Positions 39,656 through 50,170 of a stretch of 64,000 nt of DNA are shown piece after piece (position 1 is the first letter of the stretch; each line of letters starts with the position of its first letter). The notes under the pieces were generated by a model that worked only from the letters and a program-made list of their open reading frames with translations, searched no databases and had not been told where the DNA came from. Made by a program: the position numbers and the translations under genes. Source of the stretch: an uncultured Fibrobacterota bacterium (GTDB taxonomy: Bacteria; Fibrobacterota; Chitinivibrionia; Chitinivibrionales; FEN-1185). The stretch covers positions 32,001-96,000 of the forward strand of contig CAVSQB010000005.1 in the NCBI GenBank assembly GCA_963729895.1. Direction: 5' to 3'.

Positions 39656-41122
39656 TCATTTGAGGCGAAACAGTGAGTCCGGAACATTCACTGCAACGCA
39701 GGGTTTCTTCGACCGAAGCGAGAATCCGGCAATCGTATCCGCCTTGAAAACCGCTGCCGTGTCGCCGACCACGGTGTAGGTGATGGCGGCGGGGTCGAGG
39801 TACTTTTTTGCCACGGCGAGAATTTCAGCTTTTGTCAAGGCGTTCACCTTGTCTGGATATGCGGCAAAGTGGCCGGCCGGCCGGCCGAGATATTCGTTGT
39901 CCGCGTAGTTCTCCACAATATCAGCCGGGGATCGGAACATCGACGGCAGGCCGTCGATCAGCACTTTCTTGGCGTGAGCAAGCTCCTCGTCGGTTATGCC
40001 CGCCTCCCGTATCCGCAGGACTTCTGCGAGCGACAACGACAGTGCGCGGCTCGCGGTTTCATTCTTTGTGTGGAACTCGATGAAGAACGTCGCCGGATAC
40101 GTGTAATTTGATTCTGCGGCGGAAAAGATCGTGTAGGCGAGCCCTTCGTCGGAACGTACCTTGCTGCCGAGGCGCGAAGTAAACCCTTCGCCGCCGAGCA
40201 CGAGATTGAGAACCTGGACCGCGTAGAAATCATCGTTCGGCCGTTTGAAAAGAGGCAGCCCCATCCGGATGTAGCTTTGACTGATCGGTCTGTTGACAAG
40301 GACGGATCGCGCCAGCGGCTTTATGCCGATGGCCGGAAAAACCGCAATGTTCGGTGAGGCCCCGGCCTTTGGAAACAGGGCTGCCAGTTTGCGGGCAATG
40401 GTTGCGGCGGAAAAATTGCCGGCGACCGCCACGAGCATGTTCTCGGTCTTGAATATGCTTTTGTGAAGGGATACAAGGTCGTTTCCGGTGATGCTTCCGA
40501 CGGTGCGGGCCGTTGGAAGCAGGCTGTTTTGGCCGTCTTTGTACATGGCCTTCTCGTAGGTCGCGTCAAGCGTCGGGTCCGGATTGTCGAACCTGTGTGC
40601 AATCGATTCAAGAAAGTTGGACGTTTGCTTCTTCACTTTCTTTGGTTCGAACGCCGGATGAAAAAGCACTTGGGAAAGAATATACAAACAGGTATCCGTA
40701 TAGTCGGAAAGGCACGAGCAGGTAAACGACATCCTGGTCTCGGATGCGGAAACGGACACATGCATGGCATACAGATCGATAATGGCGTCGAGGGTATCCG
40801 ACTGGTATGCGGCGGTCCCGCCCGCGCGCATGGCGCTTGCCATGAGCGACGACAGTCCCTCCTTGCCGGGCGGATCGCAGATTGTGCCGTACCGCAGAAT
40901 GCCCGAGAGCCTGAAGTAGGGCAGGGTATGGTCCTCGGCGATATAGGCGATGAGTCCGTTGTCAAGCACTTGGCGGTACGGGGCGCCGAGCGGCACCTTC
41001 CAGTCAAGGGGCGGATAATGGATCTTGGAAGGGAGATCAGGCACTTGCGCGGTTGCGGCTGCCGTGCACAGGGCCGTCGCGGCCAGGATCGAGAAAACGG
41101 GCACTCTTGATAGTTTCAACAT
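39656..41122 (-). CDS. M16 peptidase, non-catalytic subunit
   Basis: LDNGL, LGGEGFTSRL...VR..EGLAY; lacks HxxEH. Confidence 0.88.
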   Translation of the reverse strand: MLKLSRVPVFSILAATALCTAAATAQVPDLPSKIHYPPLDWKVPLGAPYRQVLDNGLIAYIAEDHTLPYFRLSGILRYGTICDPPGKEGLSSLMASAMRAGGTAAYQSDTLDAIIDLYAMHVSVSASETRMSFTCSCLSDYTDTCLYILSQVLFHPAFEPKKVKKQTSNFLESIAHRFDNPDPTLDATYEKAMYKDGQNSLLPTARTVGSITGNDLVSLHKSIFKTENMLVAVAGNFSAATIARKLAALFPKAGASPNIAVFPAIGIKPLARSVLVNRPISQSYIRMGLPLFKRPNDDFYAVQVLNLVLGGEGFTSRLGSKVRSDEGLAYTIFSAAESNYTYPATFFIEFHTKNETASRALSLSLAEVLRIREAGITDEELAHAKKVLIDGLPSMFRSPADIVENYADNEYLGRPAGHFAAYPDKVNALTKAEILAVAKKYLDPAAITYTVVGDTAAVFKADTIAGFSLRSKKPCVAVNVPDSLFRLK

Positions 41123-41189
41123 CGATTACAGTACCTTTATAGGCTGAATGTTTAATCGGCGGATTGTTTGTATCGTGTCCTGTTAAACA

Positions 41190-41425
41190 GAGCCCCCCTA
41201 AAAATCCCCCCGAAGGGGGGACATAGTGGAACAAATTTCACTATAAGTCCCTCTTCGGGATTCGGCCCGCCCAACAGGAAGGGCGGAAAGCCGTTAGGGG
41301 GCCTACGAGACAAAAAGCTTGACAGGTACATCTGTTGAGATTTTCCCCGGACACTACTGATATTGTTTGATGTTTTAGGTGGCCTCTGTTCAACATTCCC
41401 CTAACCCCCTCAGGGGGCACCAGCC
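41190..41425. repeat. cluster of REP-like palindromes plus an orphan IS4 end
   Basis: CCCCCTAAAATCCCCCCGAAGGGGGGAC and CCCCTAACCCCCTCAGGGGGC; CCGGACACTACTG at 41347-41359. Confidence 0.55.
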
Positions 41426-41440
41426 TTGAATAAGCTCTCA

Positions 41441-42949
41441 TTACTTCTTTGCTTTGCTGCTTTGCGGCTGCGTCACTTTGTCACTCTCTTTTTGCAAAAG
41501 AACGCCCACGGTGGCCTTGTCAAAATCGAAATACTTTTTCACGACGGCAGGGACGTCCTCAGCCTTCACCGCCGCGATCCTGTCGGGGTAGGAAAGGAGG
41601 GACTTCCACGATCCGAGCCGCTCAAACCATGCCAGACGGTCCGATAGTCCCTCAAGGCTTCTTAAATTGGACACGAATGACATGCGTATTGAATTCTTGG
41701 TCCGTTCCATTTCCCGCGGCGAGGGCGGCGTCCTAGACAAAGAAAGGATTTCCTCGCGGATAATCTTTTCGACTTTGGCCGGATCGGTGTTCTTCTTGAG
41801 CGTGGCCGAAATGTCGAAGTACCCGTCGTGCAGACGAAATGCATTGCTGGCGTCCGCGCCGGTGCACAGGTCTTCGCGGTTCACGAGCCTGTCGAACAAT
41901 CGGCCGCTTCGGCCCGACAGAATGGATTCGAGAACGTCGAGTTTGTACAGGTCGTCGTTGTCGTATCCGGGGGTATGGAACATGATTTCAACCTGGGGTT
42001 CGGCATCGTCGTGCACCGTAAAGCGCGTTTCACCGATGGGCGCAGGTTCGCGCGTAACGACTTCCTGCTTGGGCTCAGCGGCCCGGGGAATCCCGCCGAA
42101 ATACCGCCTGATGTCCGCAAGGGCTTTTTTGGGGTCGATGTTCCCGACCAGTACGAGCACCGCATTGTCGGGCGTGTAGAACCTCTTGACATGATTGGAA
42201 AGATCCTGAATGGTGTAGTTTTGAATGTCCGATTTCCAGCCGATGGTCGGCAGCCGGTAAGGATGGGCGATGTAGAACAGAGCGTTCAGATATTCGTCGA
42301 AACGGTTTGCCGGCTGGTTTTCGTACCGCATTCTCCGTTCTTCGAGCACGACCTCGCGTTCGCTGTAGAATTCCCGGAACACGGGATTTGCCATCCGGTC
42401 CGACTCAATCCAGTAGAACAATTCCACTTTGTTCTTGGGCAGCGTCACGATGTAGGCCGTCATGTCGTCGGCCGTCCAGGCGTTCAGGTGCGTTCCGCCG
42501 TTGCCCATGTACAGTTCCCATATTTCATCCTTCTTGACGAACTCCCGTTCTTTGTCCATATAACCGAGGATTTCCTTGCGCAGCCGCACACGCTCGGAAG
42601 CGGTGTCGGGTATTCCCCTGTTTTTGAGAGCGTAGATGATTTTGTCAACTGAGTCGATTTTCGCAAGCCACACCGATTCCTTGGCGAAATCTTTGGTGTT
42701 GAGCCGGTGCGTTCCCTTGAACATCATGTGCTCGTACATGTGGGAAAGGCCCGACCTGCTGAATTGCTCATACATCGACCCCACGAAATAGTAAAGCCGG
42801 CAGGAAACGATTGCGACGTTGGTATCCGGTACGACAATGATGCGCAGACCGTTTGGAAGCGTGTCGGAGGTGACGGGAATGTTGATGTCATAGGCGGATG
42901 CCGACAACGATATCAGAAATACGCCTAATAAGAGAACCATTTTTTTCAT
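41441..42949 (-). CDS. M16 zinc peptidase, catalytic subunit
   Basis: LPNGL, GLSHMYEHMMFKGT (HxxEH), NAWT, EREVVLEERR and HPY. Confidence 0.92.
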   Translation of the reverse strand: MKKMVLLLGVFLISLSASAYDINIPVTSDTLPNGLRIIVVPDTNVAIVSCRLYYFVGSMYEQFSRSGLSHMYEHMMFKGTHRLNTKDFAKESVWLAKIDSVDKIIYALKNRGIPDTASERVRLRKEILGYMDKEREFVKKDEIWELYMGNGGTHLNAWTADDMTAYIVTLPKNKVELFYWIESDRMANPVFREFYSEREVVLEERRMRYENQPANRFDEYLNALFYIAHPYRLPTIGWKSDIQNYTIQDLSNHVKRFYTPDNAVLVLVGNIDPKKALADIRRYFGGIPRAAEPKQEVVTREPAPIGETRFTVHDDAEPQVEIMFHTPGYDNDDLYKLDVLESILSGRSGRLFDRLVNREDLCTGADASNAFRLHDGYFDISATLKKNTDPAKVEKIIREEILSLSRTPPSPREMERTKNSIRMSFVSNLRSLEGLSDRLAWFERLGSWKSLLSYPDRIAAVKAEDVPAVVKKYFDFDKATVGVLLQKESDKVTQPQSSKAKK

Positions 42950-43179
42950 TGCGACCCCGGAATGATTATCGAATGTGAATGTTCTTTTCGTTCTCCAAGC
43001 CGAGAATCTCTTTTCCCAACAACCAACGGGAGATTCGCAGGCGCTGCTACTCCTGGAAGGTTGCTTGCTGTTGTAGTGGTGGTACTTCGCTCGCAATGGC
43101 ACCGGCTTTGCCGGATTCAGCCTTTAACGAAAAACGTATCTTATTTTTTGTCTTCTTTGCGTCCTCTGCGTCTTTGCGG

Positions 43180-44526
43180 TTAATCCTGTTTCCTGTTCTT
43201 TTCGATGATCCCCCGCAGCGTCTGGTACCCGTAATGAAGCAGCAGATGATCGAGCAACACCATGCACGTGTAATTTTCCGCAACCGGCCACACGCGCGCG
43301 ACAATGGTCGGGTCGCGGCGGGTAATGGCCGCAAGTTCTTTGTTCTCCAGCGTATATTTGTCGATGGTGTGCTGCTTCTTTGCAATGGTGGGCGTGGGCT
43401 TTACCGCGAGCCGGACCACAAGGGGCGCGCCGTTCGAAAGCCCGCCGGTGACACCGCCCGCGTGGTTGGTTTCAAAAACCACCTTGCCTTTTTCAGAATG
43501 CATCTGGTCGTTGCTTTGAATACCGGTCATGTCCTTGACGGCGATTCCGGCGCCCACCTCGACGGCCTTGACCGCGCCGATGCCGAGCATTTTTCCCAGT
43601 TCGCCGTCGAGTTTGTCAAATACGGGTTCCCCGAGTCCGATAGGCAGTCCCGTTGCCACGACTTCCACGACGCCGCCGCTCGAATCGCCGGTGGCCGTGA
43701 TCCGGTTGATCGCCTCGACCATAGCGTCCGCGGCGGCGAGATCGGGGCAATTGATGACCGGATGAACATCGTATTTCCTGCGGATCTCGTCCGGTTTGAG
43801 CACCGGCGCCCGCTCGCGGATCGCGTCGATCTCGTTTTCGATCTCGGCAAATACGGCTGTTTTTTCGAGAAAGCGCATGTCCGGCGTGATGCGGTGCTTT
43901 TTGTACACCTCCTGGTAGAACGGGTCCAGGTCGCGCCGCATGCGCTTATAAGAATTCGTGCGGCGTTCTAGGTCGGCAAGGTCAATGCTGCCGCAACACA
44001 CGCCGGCCGCTTCCTTCACATAGGCGAAAACCTTGATGCCGCATTCGGCAAGGACCTTCCTGGCAATATGTCCGGCGGCCACTATGGTGGCGGTGTAACG
44101 GCCCGAGAAAATACCGGCGCCCACCGCGTCGTCGTCCGGGCCGTATTTGACAAATGAGGCATACGAGGCGTGCCCCGGCCTGGGCGTGCGGTTGGTGTCC
44201 TGGTACTGCTTGATGTGGACAAAGTGCCTGTCGAGGTTCGGAATGAGCACCGTAATTGGCGTTCCGTTGGTGTGGTTCCTGTTCCCTGCGTTTTCGACGG
44301 TGTCCGCGGGATTGACCCCGGTATATATAATAGGAAGATCGGGTTCTTTTCTGGGGGACGACAATTCATCGGCGCCGGGTTTGCGCAGAAGAAGGTCGGA
44401 ATATATTTCTTCTTCGGTGAGAAGCAATCCCGGCGGGACGCCCTGGACAACGGCAGTGAGCCCTTCCTGATACGATCCGCCGGCCACCGTCGCCTGGAAG
44501 AAACGGCCGAAATGACATCCGATCAT
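43180..44526 (-). CDS. aroC: chorismate synthase, divergent
   Basis: PRPGHA, GDSSGG.VE, GLGEPVFDKLD, NDQM, N.AGG..GG.SNG, KPTPTI and RDP. Confidence 0.85.
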   Translation of the reverse strand: MIGCHFGRFFQATVAGGSYQEGLTAVVQGVPPGLLLTEEEIYSDLLLRKPGADELSSPRKEPDLPIIYTGVNPADTVENAGNRNHTNGTPITVLIPNLDRHFVHIKQYQDTNRTPRPGHASYASFVKYGPDDDAVGAGIFSGRYTATIVAAGHIARKVLAECGIKVFAYVKEAAGVCCGSIDLADLERRTNSYKRMRRDLDPFYQEVYKKHRITPDMRFLEKTAVFAEIENEIDAIRERAPVLKPDEIRRKYDVHPVINCPDLAAADAMVEAINRITATGDSSGGVVEVVATGLPIGLGEPVFDKLDGELGKMLGIGAVKAVEVGAGIAVKDMTGIQSNDQMHSEKGKVVFETNHAGGVTGGLSNGAPLVVRLAVKPTPTIAKKQHTIDKYTLENKELAAITRRDPTIVARVWPVAENYTCMVLLDHLLLHYGYQTLRGIIEKNRKQD

Positions 44527-44712
44527 AGATTTGAAGTCCTCGGCATTCGAATACCGAAACAAGTTAAAGTACGAAGCAGTTTTGCCGTTATGCTTACGAA
44601 CCGCTTAGTAAAATACATAAATTCCTTGGGCGTTCAAACGTGATTAGATCGGCCCGCACATTTTGGCCGCGTTGTGCGAGGAGTCGCGGACCCATGACTG
44701 TAAGGAGGCACC

Positions 44713-45477
44713 ATGCGATCACCACCACGCATCGTTGACAGGAAGAAGGCGCAGGCGCTTATCGCAGGCCTCATACAGCCCGGCCTTGGCCAGATATACA
44801 ATGGCGAATTGGCAAAGGGCCTCTGCTATTTCGCCTTGTTTCTGATTGCCGTCATCGGCGGAATGCGAATCGTCCTGGTTTTTCCGGACCCGGCGCTTTC
44901 GCTGTGCATCGGAGTGGCCATGCTTGCCGCGGCCGCCGTTTCCATCGTCTTTGCCGTTGAGGCATGGGGTTTCGCATCGGCAAAGGGCTCAGGGTATGTG
45001 CTCAAATGGTATAACCGGTGGTACGTGTATGCCGCGCTATGGGCGCTGTGCTCGGTTTTTGTCACGGGCGCCGCGTTCTCGTTTGTGTCCGACAACATCC
45101 TTCAATGCTGCCGTGTGGCGACCAACTCGATGTCGCCAGCCGTGCTGCCGGGAGATCTTGTTATTGTCGACAAAACCTGGTACAAACATCACCCGCCGAG
45201 AAAAGGCGATGTAATTCTTTGCCGGTATCCGGACCACGCGGGCAAATCGTCCGTCAAGGTGATCGCCGGATTGCCCGGCGATACTATTAACTTGGATGGC
45301 GGCGTCGTTGCAGTGCCGCACGGACACGTATTTACGCTGGGCGACACTTCCGGTGATTCGCGGCATTATGGTCCGATCCAGCTCAACCTCGTCCTCGGGA
45401 AAGCACGCCAAATCTGCTTTTCCTTTGACCGCGAAGAAGGAATACGGTGGGAGAGGGTGGGAATTGGTTTGAAATAA
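44713..45477 (+). CDS. lepB: signal peptidase I with N-terminal membrane extension
   Basis: SMSP...GD...VDK, VK.IAGLPGD, LGD...DSRHYG. Confidence 0.82.
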   Translation: MRSPPRIVDRKKAQALIAGLIQPGLGQIYNGELAKGLCYFALFLIAVIGGMRIVLVFPDPALSLCIGVAMLAAAAVSIVFAVEAWGFASAKGSGYVLKWYNRWYVYAALWALCSVFVTGAAFSFVSDNILQCCRVATNSMSPAVLPGDLVIVDKTWYKHHPPRKGDVILCRYPDHAGKSSVKVIAGLPGDTINLDGGVVAVPHGHVFTLGDTSGDSRHYGPIQLNLVLGKARQICFSFDREEGIRWERVGIGLK

Positions 45478-45494
45478 TAATATCTTGGTGGTGT

Positions 45495-45709
45495 GCTGAG
45501 CCGGAAATCTTAATAGTCAAATGTTTATGGATGGCTGAGCCGGGTGACCCCCAAGTGAGTTTATTTGCGAGAATCCAATCCTCGGCTGGGGGGCACCCAC
45601 GAAGGGCAGTTGAGAAGGCCAAGGGAAGAACTCCGCTTTGCACGTAAAAGAGCAAATGTATTCTCACTCATTTACATCCTGCACAGAGGAACCTGACAAA
45701 TGTTGGACG
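45495..45709 (+). ncRNA. orphan structured non-coding element, copy A (IS110-end/bridge-RNA-like, tentative)
   Basis: TGGATGGCTGAGCCGGGTGACCCCCAAGTG-N9-GCGAGAATCCAATC-N7..9-GGGGCACCCACGAAG; homologous to 52506-52620. Confidence 0.45.
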
Positions 45710-45785
45710 AATCTTCTGCCAAGCGCCAGGCCGGACTGGAACGTGCGCAGAGCGCAGTGCCGCCTGACCCGGCGCGGTTGTCGAG

Positions 45786-45840
45786 TGCCGCTCCCCTCGA
45801 TACATCCCTGCGGGACACTCGGGAAGCGGCGTATCGAGAC
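45786..45840. repeat. REP-like CTCGATAC...CACTCG palindrome; same family at 55617-55770
   Basis: CCCCTCGATACATCCCTGCGGGACACTCGGG...GCGTATCGAG. Confidence 0.55.
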
Positions 45841-46084
45841 AACGCGCCTTGGGCGCAGGCGGTACCGAGGCCAATCGGCCGAGCGTGGAAGGAGGGCCGC
45901 CGTCCCGATGGGGACGGGGCGCCCAATCTCATATCTTGATATTCGCCGCACCCGAATTAGCCATCTATACGTCACGTCATCTCAAGCAGTTTCCAGGCAT
46001 TTTCTCATACTTTTTTGCTTTTCTCAATACAATGAATCATTTTCTATGCTCCCGAAAAACCAACCCTCAGCCTTGGAGAGGTCG

Positions 46085-47692
46085 ATGGCAGGCGTCATCA
46101 AGATCACCAGAGCGCTCCTGAGCGTGTCGGACAAGTCCGGCATTGTGGAACTGGGGAGGACACTTGCCGGATGCGGAGTTGAGATCCTGTCTACCGGCGG
46201 GACCGCGCGCACGCTTTCCGAAAACAACGTACCTGTAAAGACCGTTGATTCGCACACCGGTTTCCCGGAGATAATGGACGGCAGGGTAAAGACGCTGCAT
46301 CCGAAGATCCACGGGGGCCTGCTTGCCGTACGGGACAATCCCGTGCATCTGGAGCAGATGAAGAAAAACGGCATTGTCCCCATCGATCTTGTGGTGATCA
46401 ACCTCTATCCGTTCAAGGTCACCATAGAAAAACCGGGCGTGACCGTTGAGGAGGCGATTGAGAACATTGACATAGGCGGGCCCGCAATGATCCGCAGCGC
46501 GGCAAAGAACCACACCTATGTCACGGTCGTGGTGGACCCGGCGGATTATGCCGCGATTGCCGAAGCGGTGAAGGCCGGCGGCGTCACATTTGACATGAGG
46601 AAGTATCTTGCCGTCAAGGCGTTCTGTCACACCGCGGAATACGACAGCGCAATCGACGTTTTCTTTTCGCGCAAGTACCTCAACGAGGAAGTGCTGAGGC
46701 TTTGCTACCGCAACGGCCTTGAACTTCGATACGGGGAGAATCCGCACCAATCCGCGGTGTTCTTCAAGTCCAGGGACTGCACCGAACCGTGCATGGGTAC
46801 GGCGGAGCAGCTCCACGGAAAAGAGCTTTCGTACAATAATATCGTCGATGGAGACGCGGCCGTGGAGGCGGTCAAGGAGCTTGCGGATGTGCCGGCGGCT
46901 GCGGTCGTCAAACACACGAATCCGTGCGGTTATGCAACGGGGAAGACCCTCGACCAGGCGCTTGAAGCGGCGTGGTCGGGCGACCCCGTATCCGCGTTCG
47001 GCAGCGTCATCGCAGTTTCGCAGCCTGTCGACCTGAAGGCGGCGCACGTGCTTGCCGGCAGGTTCGTGGAGATTCTTATCGCTCCCGATTTTTCCAACGA
47101 GGCGCTTGGGTATCTCAAGGAAAAGAGCTCCCAGCTGCGCATCCTCAAAGTGGGGGACCTTGGGCGCAAGAAAGAGGAACGGTTTGTGTACAAGCACGTG
47201 GTGGGCGCCATGCTCAAGCAGGACCGCGACGTGATCGAATGTGAAAAGTGGGACACGGTCACACAGGCGCAGTTCCTCGAAAGTAAAGTACCGCTCGCGA
47301 AGTTCGCATGGAAAGCATGCAAACACACCAAATCGAACGCCATCATTCTGGCCCAGGAATACGCGCCCGGCGTGTACCGCGTGGTGGGAATGGGCGCCGG
47401 CCAGCCCAACAGGGTTGATTCGCTCCGAAAGCTTTCCGTGTCCAAGGCCCGGGAAAACTTCGCGGCGGAACAGAAAACCGATGGCGGCGCCTTTACCAAA
47501 GAATTTTCAGAACTGGTGCTTGCCTCCGACGCATACTTCCCCTTCCCGGACAACATCGAAGAGGCGAACAAGGCCGGCATCCGGTATATTGTCGAGCCGG
47601 GCGGCTCCAAACGCGACAACGAAGTAATTGACGCGTGCAACAAATACGGCATTGCCATGGTGTTCACAGGCACGCGTCATTTCCGGCACTAG
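46085..47692 (+). CDS. purH: bifunctional AICAR transformylase/IMP cyclohydrolase
   Basis: ALLSVSDK, STGGT, GRVKTLHP, IDIGGP, LRYGENPHQ, KHTNPCG, ASDAYFPF and RHFRH. Confidence 0.97.
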   Translation: MAGVIKITRALLSVSDKSGIVELGRTLAGCGVEILSTGGTARTLSENNVPVKTVDSHTGFPEIMDGRVKTLHPKIHGGLLAVRDNPVHLEQMKKNGIVPIDLVVINLYPFKVTIEKPGVTVEEAIENIDIGGPAMIRSAAKNHTYVTVVVDPADYAAIAEAVKAGGVTFDMRKYLAVKAFCHTAEYDSAIDVFFSRKYLNEEVLRLCYRNGLELRYGENPHQSAVFFKSRDCTEPCMGTAEQLHGKELSYNNIVDGDAAVEAVKELADVPAAAVVKHTNPCGYATGKTLDQALEAAWSGDPVSAFGSVIAVSQPVDLKAAHVLAGRFVEILIAPDFSNEALGYLKEKSSQLRILKVGDLGRKKEERFVYKHVVGAMLKQDRDVIECEKWDTVTQAQFLESKVPLAKFAWKACKHTKSNAIILAQEYAPGVYRVVGMGAGQPNRVDSLRKLSVSKARENFAAEQKTDGGAFTKEFSELVLASDAYFPFPDNIEEANKAGIRYIVEPGGSKRDNEVIDACNKYGIAMVFTGTRHFRH

Positions 47693-47833
47693 CCGGGGGC
47701 TGGCCGGGCGGATGTATATTAGAACCCGTTTGTCGCCGCGCGTCCGGGTCGCAGCGGGCGATGGATGCGGACCGTGAGCCCAACCGGCGAGAAAACCAGA
47801 AACTTCTTTTTGTGATGAAGGAACAGCACAGGT

Positions 47834-50119
47834 ATGCCAAAGCATCTCGTCATCGTCGAATCCCCTGCAAAATGCAAGACCATTTCCAGGTACTTGGGCA
47901 AGAATTATTCGGTGCGGGCCACCATGGGCCACATCATCGATTTGCCCGGCAAGGAATTCGGCGTGGACATCGAACACGATTTTAAGCCGAAATACACGGT
48001 TGCCAAAGGAAAGAACCGCATTCTCAAGACCCTCAAGGACGATGCGTCGAATGCCGATGTCGTATTTTTGGCGCCCGATCCCGATCGCGAGGGCGAAGCG
48101 ATTGCGTGGCATGTGGCGCAATACATTGCCAAATCGAACACAAATGTGAAGCGCGTCCTGTTCAACGAGATCACCAAGCCTGCGGTCCTCAATGCCATAG
48201 AGCATCCGGGCGAGATCGACATGAACAAAGTAAACGCGCAGCAGGCGCGAAGAATCCTCGACCGTATCGTGGGCTATCAGATATCTCCCATCTTGTGGCG
48301 TACGGTGTTCCGCGGCCTGTCCGCAGGCCGCGTGCAATCGGTTGCCCTCCGTCTCATTTGCGAGCGTGAGGATCAAATTAAAGCGTTTGTCAAGAGCGAA
48401 TACTGGTCGATCCATTCGCAGCACCAGTACAAGGGCATGGAGTTCTGGGCGAAACTCCTTTCCGTTGACGGTGCAAAGGTGCAGACGCTGGAACAAGCCC
48501 GCGAAGTTTTGCCGAATGCCGCCGCGGCGCAGGCCGTGATCGACCGGGTCAAGGACAAGCCGTTCACCGTCACCGAGGTGCAGCGGGTGGAAAAGTCGCG
48601 CAAGCCCTATGCGCCTTTCATCACGAGCACGCTCCAGCAGGAAGCTGCCCGCAAGCTCAATTTTTCCGCAACAAAAACAATGATCATCGCCCAGCAGCTG
48701 TATGAAGGGCTCGAACTGGGCGAGCTCGGCAGCATGGGACTCATCACGTACATGCGCACCGATTCAACCAGAATTGCTCAGGAGGCGCTTGCCAGCGCGC
48801 GAACCCTCATCGGCTCGCTGTACGGCGACAGCTACCTGACGCCGGAACCGAGGAGCTATGCCAAGAACAAGAACGCGCAGGACGCGCACGAAGCGATCCG
48901 GCCGTCGCAGGTGTCGCCCGATTTCGCTCCCGACAAGATACACAACTACCTGAGCAAAGACCAGCAGCGGCTGTATGAGCTGGTGTGGAAACGGTTTCTT
49001 GCTTCGCAAATGGCAAACGCGCTGTACGATTCGACGCGGATCGACATTGCCGCCGGCCCGTGCGTGTTCCGGGCCACGGGCTCCATCCAGAAATTCGACG
49101 GGTTTCTGGCGCTCTACGAAGAAACCGCGGAGGAATCGACCGAAAACGGGGAAGACGAGAACGTGCGGCTCCCGGAAGTCGCGGCCGGCGCCTCCATCAC
49201 GCTGCAAAAACTGCTCGACAAGCAGCATTTTACGCAGCCACCGCCGCGCTATTCCGAGGCGTCTCTGGTGCGCGAACTCGAAGACAAGGGCATCGGCAGG
49301 CCGAGCACCTACGCGCAGATCATCGACACGCTGAAACGCCGGAAGTACGTGACCGCCGAAAACAAGCGCTTTATGCCCACGGAAGTCGGGTATATGGTAA
49401 AAGACATTCTTGTCAAGGAATTTTCCAATGTGTTCGACGTAGGGTTCACGGCCACCCTGGAGGATTCTCTTGATAAAATAGAGATCGGCGAAGCTAATTG
49501 GGTGACTGTGCTCAGGGATTTCTACGGCCCGTTTTCTCAGCGGGTGGAGGGGGTCAAGTCGAATATCCGCGATCTCAAGGCGGCCAACCAGACGGTCACC
49601 GGCCGGACGTGCCCGGAATGCAAGAAGTTCCCGCTTGTCATCAAGTGGAGCAAGAACGGCAAATTCCTCGCATGCCAGGGATTCCCCGCGTGCCGCTACA
49701 CCGAACCCCTCGAGAAGATCGCTCCGCAGCAGTCGGGGGAAACATGCGACAAGTGCGGCGCTCCCATGGTTGTGCTCAATATCAACGGCAACAGGTTCCT
49801 CGGCTGTTCGCGCTATCCCGACTGCAAAAACACCAAGTCTATTTCGACGGGCGTGGCGTGCCCGCGTGAAGGATGCACCGGCCAGCTCATCGAACGCAAG
49901 ACGCGCCGCGGGAGGTTGTTTTACGGATGCAATACCTATCCGAAATGCAACTACGCAACGTGGGACAGGCCCGTTGCCCAAAAATGCCCGCAGTGCGGTT
50001 TTGGCATTCTTGTCTACAAGGACACCAAGCGTAAGGGCGTGTACCATCGCTGCCCTAACTGCAAGGCGGAATTTCCGGTTCCGGGCGCGACGGGCGAGGG
50101 TACACAGTCTGAAGGATAA
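47834..50119 (+). CDS. topA: DNA topoisomerase I
   Basis: LVIVESPAK, DPDREGE, SAGRVQS, LITYMRTDS, GIGRPSTY and C-terminal zinc ribbons. Confidence 0.98.
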   Translation: MPKHLVIVESPAKCKTISRYLGKNYSVRATMGHIIDLPGKEFGVDIEHDFKPKYTVAKGKNRILKTLKDDASNADVVFLAPDPDREGEAIAWHVAQYIAKSNTNVKRVLFNEITKPAVLNAIEHPGEIDMNKVNAQQARRILDRIVGYQISPILWRTVFRGLSAGRVQSVALRLICEREDQIKAFVKSEYWSIHSQHQYKGMEFWAKLLSVDGAKVQTLEQAREVLPNAAAAQAVIDRVKDKPFTVTEVQRVEKSRKPYAPFITSTLQQEAARKLNFSATKTMIIAQQLYEGLELGELGSMGLITYMRTDSTRIAQEALASARTLIGSLYGDSYLTPEPRSYAKNKNAQDAHEAIRPSQVSPDFAPDKIHNYLSKDQQRLYELVWKRFLASQMANALYDSTRIDIAAGPCVFRATGSIQKFDGFLALYEETAEESTENGEDENVRLPEVAAGASITLQKLLDKQHFTQPPPRYSEASLVRELEDKGIGRPSTYAQIIDTLKRRKYVTAENKRFMPTEVGYMVKDILVKEFSNVFDVGFTATLEDSLDKIEIGEANWVTVLRDFYGPFSQRVEGVKSNIRDLKAANQTVTGRTCPECKKFPLVIKWSKNGKFLACQGFPACRYTEPLEKIAPQQSGETCDKCGAPMVVLNINGNRFLGCSRYPDCKNTKSISTGVACPREGCTGQLIERKTRRGRLFYGCNTYPKCNYATWDRPVAQKCPQCGFGILVYKDTKRKGVYHRCPNCKAEFPVPGATGEGTQSEG

Positions 50120-50170
50120 CTTCTTACCGCAAAGGCGCAAAGAAAAAATTGAGAGTTCAATATAAGATTT

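Noticed and set aside
45528..45560. GAGCCGGGTG as group II intron domain V
   Set aside because: No GNRA-capped 34-nt D5 hairpin, no D6, no reverse transcriptase.
45715..45900. ZTP (pfl) riboswitch upstream of purH
   Set aside because: Only loose GACTGG and CGCC fragments; the region is better explained by REP-like palindromes. An Rfam RF01750 scan would settle it.
46067..50140. Long - strand ORFs over purH and topA
   Set aside because: Antisense shadows of GC3-rich housekeeping genes.
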